64,000 nt of DNA, from positions 82,352 to 146,351 of the forward strand of contig JACJYI010000007.1 of assembly GCA_020636225.1 (NCBI GenBank), in the 5' to 3' direction. The notes under the pieces are model-generated. The model worked only from the letters and a program-made list of their open reading frames with translations. It ran no database searches and had not been told where the DNA came from. The translations under genes and the position numbers were made by a program. The stretch's first letter is position 1, and each line of letters opens with the position of its first letter. This DNA comes from Lewinellaceae bacterium (GTDB lineage Bacteria > Bacteroidota > Bacteroidia > Chitinophagales > Saprospiraceae). Of the stretch, positions 57,096 through 64,000 are shown piece after piece.

Positions 57096-59594
57096 ATGAT
57101 CACGATGTCCAGAAAGACCTTACCCTTCTCTTCACTACTCATACTCCTGGCTTCACTGCTGATGATGCCCCTGAATGCCCAGATCGAGGAAGTTCCGCTG
57201 AACGGATCCCCTCAGGTTGCCCGGGCATATCACCAGCAAATGGTACCAGCCCGGAAGCCGCTTGGTGTGAACCTCCGGGGCGACAGAATTAACGAGAAAT
57301 GCCTCGCGGCCGGGGACACCATGTTCTTTTGTGTCGATACCTCCGGTATTGGCGCTGGTGCCACCCTGCAGATCGTGACCTGCAGCCCGGTCCAGTATGG
57401 GGACGTTGCCCTGGATTCCTCCTGCATTCGCTACATCGCCCATCCGGATGTCACCTTTGGTGTGGATACGCTTTGCCTGGAGGTCTGTGATGCCAATGGC
57501 GCATGTACCACCACTTCCTTCACCGTCCATGCCCACCGGGCGATCATCCATGAGACTGCACCGCTGATCACCTTGGGGAACAATGCCACAAAGGATATCT
57601 GCCAGACCCGTGACCTGGCCCTGGGCCAACCCGTATACGATGTCCTGGGTGCCATCAAGAGGCAAACCGGCACTGTGATCACCCTGGACAGCTGCTACCG
57701 GTACCTCACCGGTCGTTTCGCCGGTCTCGACGAGGTGATCTATCTGGCCAACTATCCCGTCTGTGTAACCGACACCTTCATCCAGCCATTCCGGGTGACC
57801 GGTGATACCATCGATCTGCCGTTCTTCGATGACTTCTCCTATCCTGGTCCCTATCCGGATCCATCCAAATGGCTGGACGACCGCGCCTATGTCAATGATC
57901 GCATGGCCTGGCAACCCCCATCCATCGGGGTGGCCACCCTGGATGGCCTGGACGAACAGGGCCGCCCCTATGACCTGGCCGGCACGGAACGGGACATCCT
58001 GACCTCTCCCTACTTCGACCTGTCGGTCTATTCTCCGGCGGACAATCTCATCTTCAGCTTCTGGGCCCAACCCAAGGGCCTGGGATTCCGGCCCGAAGTC
58101 AAGGACAGCCTGGTGGTGGAATTCAAGGACATCAACGGGATCTGGCAGGAAGCCGAGCGCATCCCCGGATATGTCAGCTCTATTGCCAATGACAGCCTGG
58201 CGCCCTTCGTGTACAGAGCCTATGGCCTGGGCAATGCGGACTATCTCTACAAGGGTTTCCAGTTCCGGTTCCGCAATCGTTCCGATCTGACCGGGTCCCT
58301 GGACCTGTGGCACATCGACTATGTCCGCCTCGGTGAGAACCTGACCAAGGAGAACCAGGATATTGCCTTCACTGCAAGGCCCAATACACTTTTGGATACT
58401 TACACTGCCATGCCGTGGCGACATATCCAGCCAGACCCCAGTGCCTGGCTGGACGCGGTCCTTCAGATCGGCCTGTACAATCACTTCCCGCTCGTCGAAT
58501 CGGCGAACCCAAGCGAAGTAGAGATCGTGGACCGGATCAGTGGCCAGACACTGGTGTCCAATATCACCCTGCTGGAATTGCCCCCGGTGGTTCCCGTCAA
58601 TCAGCGCGACCTGGCACCCGGCATGCATGCCTTCACCAATACCCTGAACGCACCCAACCTGGCTGCCGACCTGCAGGCCCTGTCCCCTGGCAGTCAGGGG
58701 GTCGAACTGGAGATGACCTTCCGGTTCGAGCAAGACCAGGAGTCCAATATCGGTGAGCCGGTGGCCCTGCGAAACAACGAGGTGCATGAAGTCACCAACC
58801 TGACCAACTATTTCGCCTATGATGACGGCTCAGCAGAAAGTGCGATCATCGCGACCAAATCCGGCACCCAGGTAGCGGTCAGGTACACGTCCGCGATCGC
58901 GGATACCCTTCGCGCGATACAGTTCCATTTCCCGAGGTACAATGTCAATGTGACCACCCAGTATTTCAACCTGCGGATCTGGGCCGGTTCGCTGAACAGC
59001 ACCCCGATCTATGAGGATTTCTTTGTCAAGCCCTTCTATCCGGACCTGGTGTTCATTGATTCGCTACAGGCCTTCACCACCTATGTCCTCTACGATGAGG
59101 ATGGCAACACGGTCGGCATTCCGATCCCGGAAGGGGACTTTTACGTCGGTTGGCAGCAGGGAAGCAATGTCGATGACCCGATCCCGGTGGGCTATGACAA
59201 GAACCACCCGTCCGGCTCCGATCATGCCTGGCTGAACACTGCCGGCACCTGGATCCCTTTCCCCATCTCCTTGAGGGGGGCATTGATGATCCGACCCGTG
59301 GTAGGTGATGAAACTCCGACCAATACTCCTGACCTTGCCGCCGTAGAGCATCCCCTGGAGCAACATCTCCGGGTCTACCCCAATCCCAGCAGAGGGATGA
59401 TCTACCTGGATGCCGGAATGCCGACAGGCACATGGACCATCCAGGTGGTGGACATGCTGGGCCATCCGGTAGTGAGCTTCCCCTGGAGCCCTCAGATCGA
59501 CATGGGACAATTGCCTTCAGGCTGGTACACCCTGCTCATCCGGGACCAAGACGGGCAGCCCCTGGCCCGGCGTCCGGTGATCCTGCAGGATTGA
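57096..59594 (+). CDS. Secreted protein of unknown function with T9SS C-terminal sorting domain
   Basis: It has a signal peptide (LPFSSLLILLASLLMMPLNAQ) and the C-terminal LRVYPNPSRGMIYLDAG...LPSGWYTLLIRDQDG sequence. Confidence 0.6.
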   Translation: MITMSRKTLPFSSLLILLASLLMMPLNAQIEEVPLNGSPQVARAYHQQMVPARKPLGVNLRGDRINEKCLAAGDTMFFCVDTSGIGAGATLQIVTCSPVQYGDVALDSSCIRYIAHPDVTFGVDTLCLEVCDANGACTTTSFTVHAHRAIIHETAPLITLGNNATKDICQTRDLALGQPVYDVLGAIKRQTGTVITLDSCYRYLTGRFAGLDEVIYLANYPVCVTDTFIQPFRVTGDTIDLPFFDDFSYPGPYPDPSKWLDDRAYVNDRMAWQPPSIGVATLDGLDEQGRPYDLAGTERDILTSPYFDLSVYSPADNLIFSFWAQPKGLGFRPEVKDSLVVEFKDINGIWQEAERIPGYVSSIANDSLAPFVYRAYGLGNADYLYKGFQFRFRNRSDLTGSLDLWHIDYVRLGENLTKENQDIAFTARPNTLLDTYTAMPWRHIQPDPSAWLDAVLQIGLYNHFPLVESANPSEVEIVDRISGQTLVSNITLLELPPVVPVNQRDLAPGMHAFTNTLNAPNLAADLQALSPGSQGVELEMTFRFEQDQESNIGEPVALRNNEVHEVTNLTNYFAYDDGSAESAIIATKSGTQVAVRYTSAIADTLRAIQFHFPRYNVNVTTQYFNLRIWAGSLNSTPIYEDFFVKPFYPDLVFIDSLQAFTTYVLYDEDGNTVGIPIPEGDFYVGWQQGSNVDDPIPVGYDKNHPSGSDHAWLNTAGTWIPFPISLRGALMIRPVVGDETPTNTPDLAAVEHPLEQHLRVYPNPSRGMIYLDAGMPTGTWTIQVVDMLGHPVVSFPWSPQIDMGQLPSGWYTLLIRDQDGQPLARRPVILQD

Positions 59595-59608
59595 TCGAAC
59601 GACAGGTT

Positions 59609-60085
59609 TCAGGATCGTGAGCGGATCTTGTGTACGTAGGCATCCAGCCGATGGGCCTTGTCCATCTGGCTGACCTTCTTGCGGGCATCGGCTACATTGG
59701 TATAGGCCCCGATCCCCACAGCGTAGATCGTTCGCCGACCGGAAAAGACCAGGACTTCAGCCTGGCGGTAGCCCAGTTTCTTCAATCTGGCCAGATGCTT
59801 TTCCGCTCGTCCTTCCGTCTGGAAACTGCCGGCCAATACCAAAAAGGGGCCCTCGCCTACCCGGTGAGCTGGGTCATTGCTGAATACGGCACGATACAGG
59901 GAGCTGGTGGTATCGGAAAAGGTGAATTGGGGCTCGGACTGAAGAGCCTCCTCTTCGGAAAAGGCGTGACGCTTGTCGTTCCGGGCCTGCATCTGCTCCA
60001 TAGCCCGGTAGAGGATATGGCCGACGGCAAAAAAGCCGACCATAACCGCACTCATCAGAAAGACTGTCCGGTAGCGGTTTGTCAT
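59609..60085 (-). CDS. SPOR domain-containing membrane protein
   Basis: It has an N-terminal TM segment. The C-terminal FLVLAGSFQTEGRAEKHLARLKKLGYRQAEVLVF...YAVGIGAY sequence is SPOR-like. Confidence 0.6.
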   Translation of the reverse strand: MTNRYRTVFLMSAVMVGFFAVGHILYRAMEQMQARNDKRHAFSEEEALQSEPQFTFSDTTSSLYRAVFSNDPAHRVGEGPFLVLAGSFQTEGRAEKHLARLKKLGYRQAEVLVFSGRRTIYAVGIGAYTNVADARKKVSQMDKAHRLDAYVHKIRSRS

Positions 60086-60141
60086 AAGAGAGGACCTATA
60101 GCAAGACCAGTAACGCGCTGGTCAGCACTTTATGGTTCGGA

Positions 60142-60678
60142 TCAGAAAGAATTCTTCCACATCATCGATTCGACCGGCTTGTCAGTCCGGGAATTGTACT
60201 TCGCTGATGGCTTGTGATTGTAGAGATTCTCGATCTCCCCATCCACCTTGAAATAGATCAGCTGACCGATCGGCATACCCCGGTAGACCCGAACCGGCAA
60301 AGTGCAGGAGATCTCCAGGGTCCAGGTATTGCAGAACCCGACATCTCCCTTGCCAGCGGTGGCATGGATATCGATCCCCAACCGGCCCACACTGGATTTC
60401 CCTTCCAGAAAGGGGACTGCAGAATGGGACTCGGTATACTCCTCCGTCACCCCCAGATACAACTGCCCCGGCTGCAACACATAGCCTTCCTCGGGAATCT
60501 CGATGTATTCGATCTCATTGTGCTTCCGGGCATCCAGCACCGGATCTTTGTAGATGGCCAGCCAACGTCCGAGGTGCACATCGTAACTGTTCGTTCCCAG
60601 ATGCTCGCGATGGTAGGGTTGGATGACGATCTCGCCAGTTGCGATGGATTCCAGGATCTTGATATCGGACAGGATCAT
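60142..60678 (-). CDS. dcd: dCTP deaminase
   Basis: MILSDIKILESIATGEIVIQPY...NSYDVHLG...LPFLEGKSSVGRLGIDIHATAG matches the Dcd family. Start at the ATG at 60678, not at the upstream extension. Confidence 0.8.
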   Translation of the reverse strand: MILSDIKILESIATGEIVIQPYHREHLGTNSYDVHLGRWLAIYKDPVLDARKHNEIEYIEIPEEGYVLQPGQLYLGVTEEYTESHSAVPFLEGKSSVGRLGIDIHATAGKGDVGFCNTWTLEISCTLPVRVYRGMPIGQLIYFKVDGEIENLYNHKPSAKYNSRTDKPVESMMWKNSF

Positions 60679-61006
60679 AAGCTCGGTGTGAATTGGGGCG
60701 TAAAGGTAGGTCGCATCAGGCAATTGGAAGGGGCTTCCATGCGGGAATCTCCCGATCCGGGAGAAGGAATATTCGACCAAGTCTGGCATCTGAATGGAAA
60801 TCCTCTTAGATTGAGGATGGAATGACGATTCAAGATCCATAAAGCACCAGCGACACCTGATGGCTCCAGGGGGAAGCCAGGAGGTTTGGTATGTGAAACA
60901 CGATCATCATTCCGCACAGATGCAAGCCCGGCTGTCCAGTCGGGCTTTTTTATGTCCACGCCCCAAGATCGGACTGGAGACCTGTTTCGGATTGGGGGTA
61001 TCCCGG

Positions 61007-61939
61007 CTACATTCCCTGTCTGCCAGTCCAAATGCACACCGTCCGGTCATCGGACGCGGACACGAGCTGGTTGTACTCCCCTGACCAGAACAGGGCATTG
61101 ACGGAGTGCCGGTGTCCCTGGTCGCGCACCGTTTCCAGGGTTTGGCGCAATTCGCCGGTGGTCGTATCCCAGATGCGAATGGTCTTGTCCCGGCTGGCCG
61201 TTGCCAGCCATTGTGCGTCGGGCGAGAGGGCCAGGGCGTTGACGGTATACCAATGAGCGGCCATGGAGGGCATTTCCAGAGGGCGTCCCAACCGGTCCCA
61301 GCGCCTGAGATGCGCATCCCGTCCGCCACTCCACAGCTGGTCGCCGGCACCATTGAATTGAAGGGAAAAGACCGAAGGCAAATGGGCATCGGCGATCCGC
61401 TTGCGCAGGGCCATCCGCAAGGGATCGATCAGGCAGATGGATCCGTCGCTGCATCCGGCCGCCAGGACCTCCCCGGAGGGATCGAAGACCAGCGACCGGA
61501 TGGAGGCTCCGCTGATCTGCAAGCTTTCTTCAGACTGTCTCAGATTGGCCGACCAACGGGTGATCAGGCCATCGCCCCCCCCGCTGAACACCATCCCGTC
61601 ATACACGGCAAAAGAGAAGGTGCCCTTGCGGTGATGCTGGATATGCCTGCTGCGGTCAGCATCACCGAGATCGATCCAATGCACCCCACCATGCATGTCC
61701 CCGGCCAGGACCACCTGATCCTCCCGGAGCATGGTCACGGCGAACACCTGGCCCTCCACCCGGGCGATCAGACGGCCCGGATCGGGGTTGGCCAGATCCC
61801 AGCGCACGATCCACCCCTCGCCTCCGGCGCTGAGGAATGTACCTGCCTCCGGACCATTGCACAGGGCGTAGACGGCCCCTTCATGGCCGGTGAGGCGATG
61901 CAGCAGGCGAATGGGTGAATAATCGGCAACCATGTACAC
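61007..61939 (-). CDS. WD40 repeat protein
   Basis: It has repeated GH...WD-like units (GHEGAVYALC, IVRWDL, LRRWD, IRIWD, VCIW). Confidence 0.7.
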   Translation of the reverse strand: MYMVADYSPIRLLHRLTGHEGAVYALCNGPEAGTFLSAGGEGWIVRWDLANPDPGRLIARVEGQVFAVTMLREDQVVLAGDMHGGVHWIDLGDADRSRHIQHHRKGTFSFAVYDGMVFSGGGDGLITRWSANLRQSEESLQISGASIRSLVFDPSGEVLAAGCSDGSICLIDPLRMALRKRIADAHLPSVFSLQFNGAGDQLWSGGRDAHLRRWDRLGRPLEMPSMAAHWYTVNALALSPDAQWLATASRDKTIRIWDTTTGELRQTLETVRDQGHRHSVNALFWSGEYNQLVSASDDRTVCIWTGRQGM

Positions 61940-62055
61940 CCCAAACCATCGACTGGCAGGAAAGGTTGAGCAATCGAGAGATCGGTGAATGGATTCTTGA
62001 CGCCAGTGGCCATGAATTTCCCCATGTTTGAATTTTTCGTTTACTTCATCCCACC

Positions 62056-62715
62056 ATGTCGCTTCAATACGCCAGACAGATCCCCCACCGAGCCCTCCTG
62101 GGCACCTGGGCCATTGAGGAACCTGTCGAATGGTTTGCCGAACGGCTGGTGCTCTCCCGGGAAGAAGCCGATGAAGTGAGCCGGTTGCCGGAGAAGAGCC
62201 GGCATGACTGGATGGCCACGCGTTATCTCATCCACCTGTTCACCGGTTCGCGAGAGCGCGTGCCCGCCAGGAAGGATGTGTTTGGCCGCCCCTTTCATCC
62301 TGAATCGGGATACCATCTTTCCCTGAGCCATACCAGGGGATTCGGGGCAGCGATTCTGTCGCCGTCCGCTGCAGGCATCGATATCCAGCGATGGGACCAC
62401 CGAATGCACCGGGTCGCCCACAAATTTGTCAATGATGAAGAATGGAGCTGGTCGGAAGGGACCTGGCAGGAGGCCTATCACCATGTCCTGTGGGGAGCGA
62501 AGGAGTCTCTCTACAAGGCCCACGGCCGGCGACAGCTCAACTTCCTGACCAACCTCCACTGTGAAGCCTTTGCCTATACTCCCCTGGGCGGCCAGACGGA
62601 AGCATTCATCAGTCTGCCTTCGGGCCTGACCCGCGTATTCGATCTCTACTATCGCCCGACGGCAGAGACCATGCTGGTCTATGTGATCGAAAAGGACGGA
62701 GATGTCTCTTCCTGA
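62056..62715 (+). CDS. 4'-phosphopantetheinyl transferase (Sfp-type)
   Basis: It has the LSLSHTRGFGAAIL, GIDIQR and WGAKESLYKAHG motifs. Confidence 0.7.
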   Translation: MSLQYARQIPHRALLGTWAIEEPVEWFAERLVLSREEADEVSRLPEKSRHDWMATRYLIHLFTGSRERVPARKDVFGRPFHPESGYHLSLSHTRGFGAAILSPSAAGIDIQRWDHRMHRVAHKFVNDEEWSWSEGTWQEAYHHVLWGAKESLYKAHGRRQLNFLTNLHCEAFAYTPLGGQTEAFISLPSGLTRVFDLYYRPTAETMLVYVIEKDGDVSS

Positions 62716-62772
62716 ACCGAACGGGACGATCCGGGACAGCACAAACCGTCAGGATTCCATTATTTTCGCACC

Positions 62773-63216
62773 ATGCGAATCCTTTTCCTCCTGAGCCTCC
62801 TCCTGATCGGGCTGACCGCCTGCCAGCGCCAGGCACCTGCTCCACCAGACACCGGCATCCTGCCTACTGATTTTCAGGTGTTCTACGAACTGTTCCATCG
62901 CGACAGTTCCTACCAGATGGAACATATCCGGTTTCCCCTGGAAGGCCTGCCCGACTATGCCGACAGCCTGACCATCGCCTCCGGTCAATATGCCTGGGAG
63001 GCCGAGGATTGGGTCATGCACAAGCGGCAACTGGCCGATGACCCGGAATTCCAGAGGGTGGTCACCATGTTCGGCGACTTTGTGGTGCGGGAGCGTTTCG
63101 TCCACAAGGAACGACCCTTAATGACGGAGAGGCGGTTCGAGAAGGTCCAGGATGAATGGTATCTGATCTATTACGCAGGACTGAACACCTATCACCATAC
63201 CGGTGATCACCAGTAA
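62773..63216 (+). CDS. Lipoprotein, unknown function
   Basis: Lipobox MRILFLLSLLLIGLTAC. There are no other assignable features. Confidence 0.5.
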   Translation: MRILFLLSLLLIGLTACQRQAPAPPDTGILPTDFQVFYELFHRDSSYQMEHIRFPLEGLPDYADSLTIASGQYAWEAEDWVMHKRQLADDPEFQRVVTMFGDFVVRERFVHKERPLMTERRFEKVQDEWYLIYYAGLNTYHHTGDHQ

Positions 63217-64000
63217 CGCCCGGACTTGAGATATTCCTGAACATATTCCGTGATGCCGTCCTCCAGTGAGGTGAAGGGTCGGTCATATCCGGCTTCGATC
63301 AGCTTGGTCATATCCGCCTGGGTGAAATACTGGTAGGTATCACGTATGTCAGCAGGTGTATCGATAAATGTGATCGAGGGGTCCAGTTCGAGTGCCTGGA
63401 AGGTCTGCGAGGCCAGATCCAGGAATGTCCGGGCCTGCCCGGTACCGAGATTGTACAGTCCGGAGGCAGGCTGTTCATTGATCAGGAAGCGAAGCGCTTC
63501 GACGACATCCTTCACATAGATAAAATCCCGTTGCTGCTCCCCATCCTTGACATCAGGGCGGTGCGAACGGAACAGTTTCATGCTGCCTGTACGATCGATC
63601 TGATGGTAGGTATGGTAGACCACCGAGGCCATTCGGCCCTTGTGATACTCATTCGGCCCGTAGACATTGAAGAACTTGACACCCGCCCAGAACGGTGGTG
63701 CCTCCTTCTGGGCCAGGGCCCAGACGTCGAAGTCCTGCTTGCTCTGCCCGTAGGGGTTCAACGGCTTCAAGTCATGGACGAGGCTGTGATCATCTGAATA
63801 TCCCAACGTTCCATCCCCATAGGTAGCCGCACTGGAGGCATAAACCAGGGGGATCTGATACCGGGTACAAATGTCCCAGACCTTCTTGGAGTAGTTCAGG
63901 TTCAGCTCGTCAAAAATGGCCACACTCTGCTCAGCCGTGTCCGTCCGCGCACCCAGATGAACCACCATATCGATCATACCCGGTACCTGCTCGAACCAGT
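63207..64000 (-). CDS. hldD: ADP-L-glycero-D-manno-heptose 6-epimerase, C-terminal part (N-terminus beyond the right edge)
   Basis: YASSAATYGDG...LNPYGQSK...FFNVYGPNEYHKGRMASVV...QQRDFIYVKDV matches the HldD/RfaD family. The reading frame stays open to the window edge. Confidence 0.8.
   Translation of the reverse strand, partial: WFEQVPGMIDMVVHLGARTDTAEQSVAIFDELNLNYSKKVWDICTRYQIPLVYASSAATYGDGTLGYSDDHSLVHDLKPLNPYGQSKQDFDVWALAQKEAPPFWAGVKFFNVYGPNEYHKGRMASVVYHTYHQIDRTGSMKLFRSHRPDVKDGEQQRDFIYVKDVVEALRFLINEQPASGLYNLGTGQARTFLDLASQTFQALELDPSITFIDTPADIRDTYQYFTQADMTKLIEAGYDRPFTSLEDGITEYVQEYLKSGRYW

Noticed and set aside
57153-58787. 544-aa minus-strand ORF opposite the 57096-59594 T9SS protein
   Set aside because: The plus-strand ORF has a signal peptide and a C-terminal sorting domain. 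The minus-strand ORF is Gly/Asp/His/Gln-rich with no features.
61106-62742. 270-aa plus-strand ORF opposite the WD40 gene and 233-aa minus-strand ORF opposite the PPTase gene
   Set aside because: The WD40 repeats and the PPTase motifs identify the true frames.

Overview
This window is a high-GC Bacteroidota chromosome segment (roughly 60% GC by eye, not computed). Many secreted proteins end in T9SS C-terminal sorting domains. A Saprospiria-like host is only a guess. The segment is interrupted by a low-GC island of about 23.7 kb (17421-41154, roughly 40% GC by eye). The island sits in the 3' half of tRNA-Pro(GGG), is bounded by a perfect 46-bp direct repeat, and carries an intact tyrosine integrase. 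Island cargo: (i) a three-gene CBASS-type anti-phage operon, made of an HNH-SAVED Cap5-like effector, a CD-NTase and a stand-alone E2-like protein; (ii) an Xis-like HTH protein, a Zn-ribbon protein and a decayed CHC2-primase remnant; (iii) a T9SS beta-propeller protein; (iv) an EndoU-type polymorphic toxin with an adjacent putative immunity gene and an XRE regulator; (v) a 10-kb operon with no recognisable function, encoding a ~2300-aa secreted giant, an FN3-repeat protein and a T9SS-CTD protein. The left flank holds an 11.5-kb tightly coupled korA-korB-orf837-rnfB-orf1181-rnfC-rnfD operon, in which two large PFOR-like/ferredoxin-domain proteins are embedded in an Rnf cluster. It also holds a frameshifted TonB-dependent receptor with a beta-propeller phytase, and a 1.35-kb repeat-rich non-coding tract next to the attachment site. 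The right flank holds tRNA-Val, a PQQ-type sugar dehydrogenase, two tandem paralogous metzincin proteases, an OM barrel, a tandemly duplicated Ddl, a PASTA protein, a SPOR protein, dcd, a WD40 protein, a PPTase and hldD. The many long antisense ORFs in the high-GC parts are treated as frame shadows. All homology calls come from motif recognition by eye, with no database search.
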